Below, in pieces: positions 1 through 14,957 of a DNA stretch of 64,000 nt. The notes below the pieces were generated by a model that was given only the letters and a program-made list of their open reading frames with translations, was not told the origin of the DNA and searched no databases. Source of the DNA: Tubulanus polymorphus (Eukaryota; Animalia; Nemertea). The position numbers and the translations under genes are program-made. The stretch lies in NCBI RefSeq assembly GCF_964204645.1, contig NC_134026.1, positions 25,082,150 to 25,146,149 of the forward strand. Direction: 5' to 3'. Each line of letters begins with the position of its first letter. The stretch's first letter is position 1.

Positions 1-3000
1 GACTGACAGTAATCTATTCGTCAAAATTGACAAGAGGTGCAGCAGTGAATAGTACTGTACCTATTTCTGCCGACGAGTCTCCGAGCAGACATACTGTTGA
101 TCAGGGCAATTATGGACACATGTAGTACATGCTCTTATCAAAGTGTCCAATAATGAAAGGTGTCTTCAAGTCACTAGATTAATGATCGATGAATTCAATT
201 TCCAGGCATAATAGATTTACGGATACTTTGTGAGAACAATTCTCAAGTTGTGTCATCATAGATACGAAAGATTTTCATATCGACAAAGCAACGGTATAAT
301 GATACCGAACTAGATCCAGAGAGTAGCGGTAAACATGGTGATCTCAAAAAAATCAGGCGATAACCATTTCATGATGGAATCACTGAGCCTTCTAGTCTAG
401 CTTCATCTTTGCTTCATTTACAGTTGTTAATATTTCATCAGTTGATTTATAGCAAGCACGGAGAGCGCAGATATCCTTCCACTAATGGTTTCCGTTCACT
501 AGCTTTTTGAGAAGTCATGGCCACATTTGACATTTCTACCAATTATTTGCCATTGAAAAAAATTGATAATCGATATCAATTGTTCAATCATCTCCATCTT
601 GTTACATGCCACCAGTTGTTCATTACCAACATAATCATGATCCAATAACTTCAATGGTCACTTTTTAAAGATACAAATGCATACCAGAACATATGCTAAT
701 TACCTAAACATGTTGATTTACCAGAAATATGTCATTTCTAACTACCACACTAGATAATTCATTTATGCGTAATCATTCATTCTTATAAATCAAAGGCTTT
801 TTTATATTCTGGAAATGGTAGGCCAAGCATTTTATTCATGATGACCTTGCAGTCCTGAATAGCCCTACTGTGGCCATAAAACCTAAACCAGACAGAACTA
901 AGTAGTCCATTACTGCATGCCTAGGTGATTAGATGCACCATATTGCCACAGTGGTATCACCTAAAGGGCATTTTGTCCAGGATACTGATAATAAATACGT
1001 TGTACAAAAGTCATCAAATAAATGAAACTGTCATCATAGTAGTGTAGTAAGCCACTGACTGAGAATATCTATTTAAAGCAAGTGTCTCCAAAGTGCATGT
1101 GAAATTAAGGTTTTATTAACAAGCCATTATTGACGCAGTTCATTATTAAGAGTTATCATAGATGAGAGCATTCATTTATGGAATCTCGCTACAGTTCATC
1201 TGAACATATTCTAACACTGAAAAATCAAATAAGCAGAACTATTATTAACAAATTCATAAAATTGTTCGATGATGGACTGGATCAGAAAAATTGGTTCGCA
1301 CTAAAAGGAATATGTAAGTGCATTACACGGTGTGCTCAGATACGCCAAGATGTCCTAAAAAATCAAAAGCCCATTACCAGACAGAATTATTAAGCTTTTC
1401 TTAAGTAAAAACCTATGATTATATGCATCTGCTACAAAGCGGAAACATCGTTCAGTAAGCTGTAAGCTAATTATATGAAAACATGGATGCTATATGAAAA
1501 AACAAGCATAAACGAGACATAAGATTGTGTTACCACACATGGTCCAAAATCTTCATATCTTAACCCCTTCTAACTTAAAACTCAGTCAAACCAAGAAGGA
1601 TGTTGTGAAATACGTCTGAAAGAAATGAGGCTATTTGAGAAGTTACCCAGAGATCTTACTAGCAATGCAGCACTCGTGTTTAGAATTTTTTTTCAAACTA
1701 TTACTAATGTTCCAGTAAATGCAAAATTTTTTATGGTAAAAGCGCCTAGTTTAACTGTGATCACTATTGTAAGCAAAGCCATTTCATACTGTCACATTCC
1801 ATAGAACATTTTTGGCCCTTAATTGGAATTCGACTCTGCATGAGGGTGATGGAAATCTTTTAATTATCCATGCCAATGAGCAACGGTGGAATGGTGGAAC
1901 TGTGACTCCGCTATTGGAGAATGATAGATCAGTCCCCATAGGATTTTGTAGCTTTGTCGGAGTACTGAACTTTATGTCGTCAATATGCGATGGAGTGGAA
2001 ATAACTAGAGAACGCTGAGACCTAATCAGGCTTTACCACATATCGTAATATTTGATGAGAATTTCCTACAAAAGTTCAAGTATCTTGGAAAATTTTGATA
2101 AACCATTGATTTAAAAATATGCATTCACTTCAGGAAATTCAGGAAACAGATAACAACAAGTGATATCACGAATTCATGAATTCAAACTTCTAGTTTCTTT
2201 ACCATAGATAGAATCATTCTGTCATAGGATCAGAGGTAATCAATGTGGCCATTTCTTGCTGCTGTTGAGGAAGCTTCAATTTTCCTTTTTGCTAAATAAC
2301 ACAGAATTAACAAGGCATGCAAGCCTAGTTGGACGGATGCATTGATGGGGAAGGACAGGGACTGATCAGTTGGTGTGATTGACACAGCATCAATCAACTA
2401 GCGTTTTCATTACCTAGAGCATGACCGTTGCGCAGGTTCTGATGAAACTGAGGTTCTCAACCACAGCATCAGCCTGCCCAACTCATCCCTGACTTATATA
2501 ATATACTAATTGATTCCCATGGCTTGAAATGATTCCTCATACATCGGAAGGTTACATTCCATTATAACCGATATTACTCACGTATATCACTCATTTAACT
2601 ACAATACACAAGATGTAAGTCAGTTATAGAGAACTAGTAAAAGTCGCCTTCGTTGAGCAAACAAAATATACTCATTAGGAATAGTTCAGGAGTGCCACGG
2701 TAATTCAAGATTATTCATCCATTCTGAGAGTCTTCTGCAGTGAGTAAGACATCGAGGTAAAACACACGAACCTAATCATTCTTACCAGTAGGGTTTACAA
2801 AAGATATTTCTGACCATGACAACAAGGTATACTGAATAATATGAATTATATGCACCAAACAAATATGAGACAGAAAACAATAGCACATCCGCCCATACTT
2901 AGGTGAACTGTTTAGGTTTGCAGACATTTGTAGAAAAATGCGAATTTTTGACAGGTAGCAACTGTTACTGCTTAACGTTTCTCAAGGAAAAATTAGTTAC

Positions 3001-6000
3001 GAATAAGCATCTTAACTTGTACAACACTAGACAGCAAACCGTATGAAACCCCACACTGCAAGAACAATTTTTACAGTACAAGTGGTATTCCTAAATTACT
3101 ATTCCTAAAATTCTAGTATGCTGATTAAAGAATCAGTGCTAAAAGGTTTTAATCAGACAATTCTGAAAGCTGACACGATATTAATGTTCAAGTAATGTAA
3201 AGTTCGCAAATTTCTAGCCATGACATCAGTGATTATTGTTAGCATGTTCAAACAAAAACATTTCACAAGTCTTTACTGTAAAAGTTTTTGTTTTCAATTC
3301 CAGTGGTTAACAGTTGTCGGATGTATAAGAGTCTATCAACGTAAATATATTGCACACGTCTTATAACAAGATTATGCCAATTTGCTGAAGGGCCAGTTCA
3401 GTTGGTTTTGGCCATTTAGCCCGCAGTTATACCAGGCAGAAGGTTGAAATAACCTTAATCAGATGTACAATATATTAGATAATCGATGAAGCCAACTGTT
3501 GCAGCCAGCCGTCATCATTAACCAAGTGGTCAGATGGTCGACATTTGGTTTACAAGCTCAATTTCTGGATTACTGCAACTGAACTAAACAGTCAGCCAGT
3601 CCGGGCTAGAGGGAAACCACTGCGCGAGCTAATTTCATTTCCATGAATCATGTCTAGATTCCGAGATGAGGGGATTTACAGCAAATATCATACAAGGCCC
3701 CAATCAGCTTAATAGGTGTCTCGAGGGCAAAAATAATCGCAAACACTACTCCACTGGGCATTAAGCTGCAGGTTTCTTGTAAAGGGATTGGTGTACATAG
3801 TGAAAATAATGTCATTGTGATTTGAGAGTAAGAATATGAATAAGATGTTGTGGCAGAAATAATTTTCTCAGTCTGACACATATTCCATATATAATGAGAC
3901 TCGGGTGTTCGTGTTGCAAAAAAGGAAAAACAACAATATTTCATCAACTGATTGTTACATGGCATCGTTTTAGAGTCCAATAATGCTGTCAATAACAAAT
4001 TTGATGACACAGATGGAAATGTGATGATTTTAATCAGCTATACATATGACAAGATCCAGTAATATCAACTCAACTGCGTCAAATATGGAAATCATGACAA
4101 CGGCTTAATAATGCTAGCTGTTGATATAGTCGGGAAAAGTTCATCTTACTAACATTGATTACTTGCAAGAACAAGCTTCTGGTGGAATAGACGCTGCCAT
4201 GTCGATTTCTGTCAAATAACCCATCAAGCTTGAAGCTACTGATTGAGAGTCTGTGAATTGATAAAGGGCAGATATGGATAGCTCGGCTATAATGCTCTTC
4301 GGTATTCATTTTGAACTCGGTAATTAGAAAACTTGTAGCCATCAACAAGAGGTCTTCCGCAGCAAGTTGTCAAAAATATTGATATATTTAGGGCCAGAAA
4401 AACTTGGGAAGAATAGGTGATTAAAGATTTTTGAAGAGGTAGGACTAATCAGACGATTGTAAGAAATGCTTCTGTTGATTTAGAATGGTGATAATTTTTG
4501 AAAAATTATCTCGTTGGCAGTTCACGTGTAGTGTTTCTGGCGGTTTGCTGCTAGTGACTACGACGTTGATTTTCGAACAGCTGTATTCCACCGCTGCGAG
4601 TGCCTGCAACACTGCTGATGTGGTGGTGGTTGCCAGTAGTGAACAACAGTTATAGGATCGCATCGGATATTGTATAAACACAGTGGACTAGTATATTATG
4701 GATTATACATGTGTCATTCACGGTAAGATCAAACGTCAAATGTCTCAAATTTACAGAAGTTCATTCAGTAGATCATACATAAGATTTCTAGTTAATTGAT
4801 TTGGGTTATTATACTGTCGGTATCATTTCACAATACACTTGGCATTATGAAATGAAAAAATATGACAGGTATTGGAGGTTGTCTATGCAGCGGTATGTGT
4901 CCCCAATGTGAGCTAACCGTGGAATGATTAGCGCCATCGGGATACGAGATATTCATTAAATGATATCACATCTGTGACACACTGGTCGTGTCAATGATAA
5001 CATACCACCATAATGAAAACTGGCATAGCATTAACATCGATGTTAATGCACTCATAATTCAATAAACCGCGATTAATCTGTTTTCGCATCTCAACCAAAC
5101 AACTAATTATCACATAGACACGCAGACCAACTTTCAAAATGATATTGACTAATGAAATTAGTCGAATTTTCTAGGTGTAATATCTAAAAATATCTGAATT
5201 AGATAATAGAGTCTAGGATGAAATGAAACATTCATCTTTCTATGATTCTCGATCTAATTTCGATCGAGAAGCTGAGTGGGCTAGTCCACGTAAGACTATT
5301 TGATCATATTTCTTTTTCATCAACTATATTTACATCAACCACTCACGGAATTTCAACCATTTCACCTGCAAACAATGGCTTCACTCCATAGAGTTGGACA
5401 ACAAATCATCACTTTCTACGACATCTTTTTCCATATTACTTATCATTATCCTATATAGACAACTTTCTATCGGTTAAAATCTATATATCGATAAAAGTAC
5501 ATTACGGAATCTATAAGGAGTTTCATCTGTCCACAGAATCGATCACCATATGCAGATATATTTATACAATAAATAGATTGAATATTGAAATCAAGGGATT
5601 ATACGTAATTAATATCCGCACGTAGATGCCTTAAAAAATCATCCCACGATGGTATGTATACGTTAATAGCATACGGGGTATCATGAAGATTTTTTTTTAC
5701 GAGATGTGTCGACAACGACGACGTGTTAATAAATTTTTAGTCAATAATATCCGCAGCGAGTGCGAGAGTGCACATGATAGGCAATAGTCGCAGTGAATGA
5801 AGTACTGAACGTTGTACTGAAGGATAAGTTTATTGATGGGCAAAAATAAATTCAGCCATACGGAATCTTATATATTGCGACCGATCCTAGCTCTTATGAA
5901 GTAGATATTAGCAATGATGAAGCCTCAATCTCCAACAACCATCGTAGCTGTGAAATTGAGCTGGAGTCTTTCATCGATCCGCGCTGTACGTTCTCAACGT

Positions 6001-9000
6001 TATTTCGGATCATTTTGCTTCTTATAACGATAGAACATTTAACGATACATAGTTTAAAATGCACGAATCGTCATAGAGTATTTACAGTTGACATTAATGA
6101 AGAGGATCAAATCGTTCATCGCTGAATTATCTCCACTTGAAGGACCAAGTCCAATCGTGATGCGTCCAATTGATTGTATTTAATGACATACACACATATG
6201 TATATATAGGAAGATCACTCTGATCAAAATGTTGGTTCAGGAGATCGTCTGGCAGTCAGACCAAATATAACTAAGTAACTAGAGTGAAGAAATTCCTTGA
6301 TCTTAACAATTCATCAACCTCCAGCAAATCTCAGACATACAAATCTCGCGAACTAATCAAACTTCTTGGTTACGTCGTCTATATAAGATTTGTACCAATT
6401 CTAAGAAATGTTGAGCTCCTCGCTTACATTGTTATACTGTTCCTAAACAAATAAGTAAATGCCATGAAAATTCTTCAGACTTAACACTATAGATGCTATG
6501 TTTAATCTAGGAAGATGTTTCCCATATAACACCTCATTGTTTCCTGGCAAACTCGTATGCTGCCAATCAGTAGAACTTGAGGATATAGTAGAGCAGTACT
6601 TGGTGGAATAAACTCTCATCTAAGAGCAATGCTAACCGGAATATCTGACAGCCATTTTCAGTACAAACTTCTGAAAGAAGGCCTCCAGCAGCAGCAGTCA
6701 GTTCTAAGTTCATCCCATAATTTGAGTTTCCCCAATAAGGTTTATTGCATCGTAGTGTCATAGAGCATATTAGCTTCGTTTGTAAGGGCTTCTCAGCTGG
6801 AGAAAAATAGATTACCCCTATCATACAATCGACATAAATAGCTCAATTTTACTAATAAAATCTGCTATAGAAGCTCTGTAGAATTTTTCATTGATTGATA
6901 ACTGAAAAAAAAGTTCATCCTGGATAATAAAAGGATCCGTCACATGCAACATGACATCAATACAAGATAGAAATCATTTTCGCTATTCAATTATCGAGAT
7001 AAATGTTCCATTCAATCACCTCAGTGATCTACAATCCCCTTTCCAATCAGTACTCATCTAAAAGTGACTAGAAAATGTAAATTTATATTACAAGTCACTA
7101 GCTGGACTGATAAATGTCAATTATCATTATATTTCGACATAAGAAAAGTGATAGTTACGCCATTCAAGACTATCCAACATACAGAAAATTAGGATTTTTA
7201 GTCCTTTTGAAAAATTGGAAGTCCCTGTTCATGGCAAATGATTCTGATATTTGGCGCGACAGTACTTGAACTTTAATTCAGTGATAATTGAGATTTATAT
7301 TGTGTGCACAAGGGGGGATGATATATTTAGATTGCTTCAAGAGATGGCAATCCGTAAGAAGATCCTTAGAAAGTCACCATCACGAGACAGTAACAAACGT
7401 TTCAAGATTCATGGTTTGAAATTAATGAAGTGTCAGTGAAAACTGGCATACTGAACTGGCGATAGTGCGCGATAGAATGTGAAAACTGGACTTGATGTTG
7501 GACTTGTAATACTAAATGATTACCCTCTGCAGTAAGATATGTATTGTCACTTGAAGCAATTTGTAATGAAGATTCAATATTGTGCATTAGAATGTTCTCA
7601 CGCAAAGCAAGCAAGCATTCCGTTCGTATCTGCGAAGCCATAGCGGAATTACACCTACACTGCATGTGTGTACTATGTAGAACGCAAAAAGAGGGAAACA
7701 TGAAACTGAATCAACCAATAAAATAACCTGTCGCAGCCGCACAATACTTAATGTTCGATAAAAAGATACATACACAGCAACATCGTTTAATTTGAAACGA
7801 TAATTACGACACGCACACACACATACACATACAGATTCATCACAGCATCATTTTCAATGCGTTTCTGGGCACCATTCGTCTTTCACTTTCAGGGAATAAG
7901 TGAGCATCGATTCTGACTGGCAGAAATCCATTGGGAATGGGGTCTCATTAATTTTGTTCATGGATGCTCATGTATATCGTCTCAGTTGTTGGACAGGCAT
8001 CAAAAACTAACAGAAATTCAGGCAGCGATATTTTCTCTTTGAAAAAGTCACTTCACTTACTCTCAACATTTGCTGAAATATTAAAGCATATATCCATGCA
8101 TTGAACAAGTCACCTGCTTGAACACTAAACCACTTAAATGATGGCAGATGTGTGATTGTGCTGTATATTCAGAAGTAAGATCGCATTGGAACAATTCATA
8201 CATATCTGTAAAATAATCCTTAACGATCGAGTTCGCTTAATTCCAGAATATTATAGCTGCGTGGGCAATAAATCCCACAAAGCACATGAAGAATAGAATA
8301 GTACCAATGAACTAAACTTTTAATTGAAAGATACAATTACAGTTCAATCAATTAGAATAATTAATGAGATTCGATGCTGTTCAATATTTCACTGAGCTGG
8401 GATTGCGGGAGAGATGGAGGTTCACGATGATTATTAGTGAATCCAGGATACAGCCCTGGGAAATGCTCAGGCAGAAAATAAAATCCATAATAGATTTTCA
8501 GATATACGAAGCTTTCATCACATATATCAGGCCGATGATGGATTATTACAGTGTCAATAAATGAAGTCTGCGAATGAATATGCACAAATATCTCCATATC
8601 ACTATCAATGATTTGAGATCAAAATCTACAAACCCTTAATCATTTGAAAAAAAAAATGAAAAAAATGGACCAAATAAAAGAAATACAGTTGGTAGTACCA
8701 ATTTTTCCTAGCCATAGAGAGAAAATCAAAATTTCCGTAGCTTTTCTAGGGCCTGGAGAAAAACTTTCCAAAACCTATGGGCACCCTGTCAGACATTATA
8801 TCACATATACTAGCTGGCAAACTGATTTTATATATGATTTTATATTCTGATCATTTGAAGCGGCTTAAATCTCCTACACAAACATATTTAGTAAGTAACA
8901 AAAGAGATATAGGAATGGAATGAGCTGATTAAGCAAAGAGCATTCTTCCCATGTACTGGTTCACTGGAAGAAAAAAACAATGTGAATACCGACAAGAAAT

Positions 9001-11145
9001 AAGAGAAGCGGGCTGCCGTTCTCCTGACACTCAGTTATCTTAGAAAATATTGTGCAAAACTTCAATGAGCTACAAATAGGAAAGAACTAAATGTTCATTC
9101 CTCCTTAAGACTGAATGCAATAAAATATAAACCTCCCATTCGAATAAGAGCTCGATGTATGGGATTCTTATTCTAAGTGCTGTCTGGTATAAAATGATGA
9201 CAAGTTGACATTTTTTCATAATGTCAAGAACATCAGCAACCACTGCCAATCGATCGGGACATCGCTTGACATAAGGTTACCGGTTACTGAGGAAGGATGG
9301 CTCAAATCATAGATATAAAAATAATTCATTTTCATATCTCTGTTAGTATTGTTCACCATGTTGGTGATGTACAGAATGAATTCAGCTATTGATGTATCAG
9401 CTGGTTATATTTGCTCAATGATCCAGCTTTTCAATTTCCGTGAACTTTCAATTCTCTAGTTAATCTACTGTTTCACCGTTATGCAGTTAGACACCGATAA
9501 CAATTATCGCAGTCAGAAAAAAGACCAATCTAGATATCTCCCATCCAACAAATATCTCGTACCCAACGCAACAGTTACTTCGGGTATTATTCTATTCGGT
9601 CACCATTTTACTCAGCAAATATTTAAAGAGGCTGGTGTTACTTCATATTGCTTTTAACCCCGATAGACCTCTAGTCTTCACATAACTCAACGATGAGCGC
9701 AGTTGCTCACTGAAAATGAGTAATTTCATAGCACATATTTGTGAACAAATCATACTAAAGTATATAATACATATCTATATATATTTCCATAGTATATCTA
9801 TATGTTTACAACAATTAACACAGGTCAGTCACTGTACTGCTATTTATGGCGATTCTCCATTCTTGTTGAAGAGCAAATAGTAAGTACCCAGTATATTAAG
9901 GACCAGAGGGTCATAACACGGGTACATGAAATAACTCTTTAAGACTCCAGGAGGTAGTAATGCATTATTCCTATAATGGCTATAATGGCTCAGGATAGCA
10001 CTTCTGGAATATGATTAAATGATCATCATATTTGATATAAGTGTGATAATCAACAACTCTCATAAGTGAATAGATAAGATTAACAAATGAACTCTTAGGT
10101 AGGTAAGTGAGATTTGAAGCAGCTGATAATGACAATTATGAAGTATCTAAAAAATATTTGAAAGGTCAAGTATTTAACGACTTTTCTACTCATTATTATG
10201 GAATCAATTGATATAAAAAAATTGATATATTCGTCAGGATAATGAGAAATTGGAGTTCCAAGTAAACCAATGAAAATCTACAACTGGAAATTCAATTGTA
10301 CATTTCAAGTTCGGATTTTACCAAAGGTTAGCAATGCATGACCAGCACTGAATGGCGAACGCATTACTCTTAATCGTTTTATACATATATAAACAGTGAA
10401 AAGTATTGTTTAACTCAATTGTCAAAGTGTTGAAAAGAATGTTAGTCAAATCAGTAACAACAGGTACAAATAGTAATAAACATTTACAAGTACTTTGAAC
10501 TGCTTTATGTTGTACTTTGACAACACATCACCGCTGGAAAAAGGGCCAGATATTTTCAAATATGCCATAGGATTAATACTGCTACAGCTAAGAAAGACAT
10601 TTTCATAATGCACTGCTACAGCTAAAAAAGACACCTTTCATAATGCACTAAAAACCAAAATGGTTAAGTACTGAAGAGCCGATTGATTCAGAGATCACAG
10701 CCAACGATTGTTTAAGACAGTAGCAGTTAATTCATATTCATAATGCAAATACTTGCCTAGATAACATATATTCATATTGTTTTGCATTATCTAATTCATG
10801 TTTCATGAAATATTGCAGATGTTTTGGAGTATTGATATATAGACGGCACGGTTTGATCAACAGGTGACTTGAAACCAACTACATGAACTACAGTGACATC
10901 ACGACTTGTCCATAGACGGAGGAACGCTATAAATTGATATACAAAAACATTGGCTGTTTTAACATGGAAAAATGTACGAATACCATAAGTGAATTACATG
11001 TAGCAAAGTTTTACTGATATTGATGCACAGTCTTGAGTAGATTCGTGCATCAATCATCCAGTTGATAAGTTGTGTGTGGCTTCATGAATACGCTCAGGAT
11101 ATGGAAATATACAGCTGATTTCAGCTACACGAAATCGAGTCAAAA

Positions 11146-12303
11146 ATGTCCGGACACAATGCATCAATCCACGATGCTGACCACGCTAGCATGGACCAAA
11201 GCGAGGCATTTTACCTCTTCATCATGTCAGCAACTGGTATTTTCCTCAACCTCATTATTATCTTGATATGTGCTATCAAGTCAAGTATGCAACGTATGAC
11301 AAGCGCATTCCTTATTCACGGCTGCATTTTGGACATCGTCAAGTGTGCGTACTGTATCCCGTTCGGCATGAGTATCCTCACCCATGAACCACCTGAGTTT
11401 TGCAAATTCATCGGCGGTTCTTACATCATAGTGATATCTGCTTATATCTTCAATATGATTTGCATGGTGTGCTCGGAAGCGTACAATTTCGCCGATGACC
11501 AGTTTGGAGGTAGTAATACCGGTAATATCTGCTGTGTGATATTCGGAATAGTCATGATATACATAGGCAGTGTCATTTTGCATCTCGGACCAACGATCGT
11601 AGGAGGCAGTTTCCAATTCAATAAAATTCTCGGCCAGTGCGTGTTCGACTATGGACAAACTCCCGCATATGTCATATACATCATGTGGGTTTTAGTCACT
11701 ACTCTTTCGATGGGAGCGATATGCCATTACTTGTGGACATTTTACAAAAACGTCAAGAACCACAACGAACGACGATTAACGAACATAATTCGAGCTTCCA
11801 TGGAACAGGGAACGGTGCCGGACGAGCCGCGTATACCTCCGCATAAAGTACGCAAACTCGTTCAAGATGCGATGAGTCGCGTGCGTTGCTTTACCATCAT
11901 TCTAGTCGTGTTTGTTATTAGTTGGTATCCATTGTTTATAATAACGATTGCCGATCCGAACTTCAACTTTCCGCCGACGATGTACATTATGATGACGCTT
12001 ATCGCGTGGTCGCACGGCACGTTCAATCCCGTCATATTCTTGCTCGTCGATAACAAACTGAATGTGATACGCAACTTAATCTGTCGAAATTGTGATAAAA
12101 CGCCATCCGTGAAAGAAAACTTTCCGCTAATGTCTCCTACGTTCGCTCGCACAAGTTCAATACAAATGTTCGAACGGGTTGGTTGTAGATTATGCCACGA
12201 AGGCAAATCTCACAACACAAATTTATGCAATGGCCGTTTAGGTAATGGCGGCCTTGTGCGCAATAATTCATTCTGTGAAATACACACTGTAAGTGACTGT
12301 TGA
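11146..12303 (+). CDS. Single-coding-exon class A (rhodopsin-like) orphan GPCR, SREB/GPR85-like
   Basis: 385-aa ORF with 7 hydrophobic segments, N-terminal sequon (NAS), TM2 'FLIHGCILDIVKCAYCIPF' resembling SREB TM2, TM6 'FVISWYP', TM7 'FNPVIF'; no DRY motif (CSEAY). Candidate splice acceptor (tattgcag) near 10818 suggests upstream non-coding exon(s). Confidence 0.85.
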   Translation: MSGHNASIHDADHASMDQSEAFYLFIMSATGIFLNLIIILICAIKSSMQRMTSAFLIHGCILDIVKCAYCIPFGMSILTHEPPEFCKFIGGSYIIVISAYIFNMICMVCSEAYNFADDQFGGSNTGNICCVIFGIVMIYIGSVILHLGPTIVGGSFQFNKILGQCVFDYGQTPAYVIYIMWVLVTTLSMGAICHYLWTFYKNVKNHNERRLTNIIRASMEQGTVPDEPRIPPHKVRKLVQDAMSRVRCFTIILVVFVISWYPLFIITIADPNFNFPPTMYIMMTLIAWSHGTFNPVIFLLVDNKLNVIRNLICRNCDKTPSVKENFPLMSPTFARTSSIQMFERVGCRLCHEGKSHNTNLCNGRLGNGGLVRNNSFCEIHTVSDC

Positions 12304-14957
12304 TGAATTATGTGTTTTCTATGTTAAGATTTCATACTCAGCTCATTGTAAATAGTCATCATTTTATATCAATTTGTATTCTGAGCAGACATTGGGATAT
12401 GTACAATATTTGACGCGTACAATTTGGTTTTATTGAGATTGGTACCTTTATCTCCTATAATCGGAAGGAATCCCAAACATCTCTTTCTCTATCAGTTACG
12501 TCAGTCTTTCTAATCAGATTACATGAAAAGGGTATCAATGTCGTAAAATCAATTCGATGTTCATAGATAATCAGCCGTTCTTTCAAATCCGAAATCCGAT
12601 GTAAATGTCTAAAGACTATTGATACTATTGACAATCCCGTCAGTCTGATCTATTCTTTTCGTAGCAAAATGTCAGCATCGAGTCACGAAAGCTCAAGATT
12701 TGGAAAAAGATGCTGCAAAATTCAAATTTGAAAAGAACTCAGAATGAGTGATTAGATTTAACTATCAATGAACGCTGTTCAAAGATGTTAAAATGGATAT
12801 ACCGGTAAGAATCTCTTGAAATCTAACATTAAATTGGCTTCTATGAAATTACACGTGTGTTGTGCTATTTTCTGAATACAAAATATCCATATCCAAATTG
12901 ATTTAAGGAGACTTAACTTGCAGGTTACGGTATTAGACTACATAACATACCCGTTTGAAAATTGTTTTAATATAAACTTGATGCCATTAGTAGCATTGAT
13001 GAGGTTCAAATAAAATATAGAGCATTTTTGCCCTTTAGCATTTAATCAACCAAACAGCTGTCATAAGGAAATGTCACTTACTTTTTGAAATTTATTGATT
13101 GATTTTGAGTGATCAATTTTCTTGTGAAAGTGATTGTTCTGATTACGTTTGAATCGGCGATGTCTGTTTTGTTATTAGAATACTGTACACCGTTCAACGA
13201 TATACCTGATGAATAAAGTCAAAGTGTATACAACGAAACAAATTCATTTCAGCGTGATCTTTTTCCTAATTGAATGCCACAAATGGAGGCAGAAAATGTA
13301 TCCCAACCAACTCAAGTTGACGTGTATTGGAAAACAATGTCATAAACTAGAATGACCATGAAATCATCTGATTCCTTGAGTGCATGAATACGTATTATTG
13401 TTTATTCATGGCACAACCACTGAGAATTAACCCACCATGATGTGATGTATTGCTTGTTCTAACCAATTTATCCGATGCCTACTCCCAACGTGTCATGCAG
13501 AATGCTTCCCTTCTTATTAATCAAAATACATGTCCATGTCCGTCTGTAACTGAGATCCTCCAGTATCACCAATTGAAGAAAAGACAATGGAACTAATCAA
13601 CCAAAGAAATAGCAGATGGTTGCTAAACTCCCACTTTGATATTTGATAGGTTACAACGGCCAAATATCAGAGATTAACTCCTTTTCAATCTGTTTGAAAA
13701 CCAAACGGCTATATTTCCAAGAAGCAACACTGAATAAATCATGATTCATGTAGATGTTTTTGTATGAAAGGAAGTAACTAAATTACTCAACAAAATATCG
13801 CCTACTTCCTAGACCGTCATCAACAACTCTAAAAACCTATCTTACCACAGACAGAGGATAAACAGAAAAATCACAGGATCAAAATAACATATCCATATAT
13901 AGATTTTTCCAAATACAAAGCAACTGCTCAAATTTACTGCTACAAGCCATTAAATTGTGGATAGAAAAAGTTGTTAGGGTATGTATTGAGTTACAGCTGT
14001 TATTTGTAAATCCCACAAGAATTGATTTTTGAGATTTCATTTTCTGGTTTGTACAGATATAAACTGCGCAGACAACAATTTGGAAGCATCAAATATTGCA
14101 TTTATCAGATTTCCCGTGATCTCAATGCAGAGAAATTATTGGTCTGGAATTGGTCTGAACACATTAGATTGCCATTTAGGATATTTTATTTCCTCACACA
14201 AAAGACTACAGATCAGAAAAATAGAAAATAAAAACACAACAAAAGTTAAATTTTTCCAAGAAACAGAAAAATTCTGAGAAATAGGTGCAGCACAAGTATT
14301 TAACATACATACTTGAAAAATTCTTTCATCTTTCAAAAGACTCTGAACAACTGATAAATGCAATGCTATCAACTATCATGCAAGAGACAGGCACGTTTTT
14401 ATCTATCAGACGAAACCCATCTCAATGATGAACACAGCCGCACAAGTACCAATAGGACAAAGTTTTCTTATGCTGACAGAACAACATAGAAATGACTACT
14501 AACATGAAAAAATTCATCACTGTGGAGATACCAGAGGCACTTAGTATATATCTATGGATATCTAGACAGCATCGCTAAATAGATGCAATTACCACTACAA
14601 AATGCCACTTTTCTTTCTACGTTAGTTGACAGTCCAGTCACGGAATGGTCAACTGCACTTCACAAAATGAATAATACGGCTAATAGATAACAGAAACAGA
14701 CAAGCGAACAATTCCTTTACTATAGCCATTTTTGATCAATTCATAAATCATTAAATCTAGCTTAGTGTAATATGGCTTAATCATCAACACTTCTAAAAGA
14801 CATTTCCAGGTTGGAATATAAAATAAACGGCATAAAGAAATAATTAATTCCATACAATAAATAAGAACATACATAAATCTCACTACACTACAAGAAGTAA
14901 GACTTGCTGCACAAGGGCACCATCTTTACATATGCAACAGTACTACAGCGTACATAC

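Noticed and set aside
10578-10649. About 34-bp two-copy tandem repeat
   Set aside because: No spacers, so not CRISPR-like; ordinary local slippage.
1-11000. Short ORFs of 60-120 aa in the first 11 kb
   Set aside because: No recognisable domains, often non-ATG starts; consistent with random ORFs in intronic DNA.
11281-12206. Antisense ORFs over the GPCR
   Set aside because: Shadows of the real coding frame.
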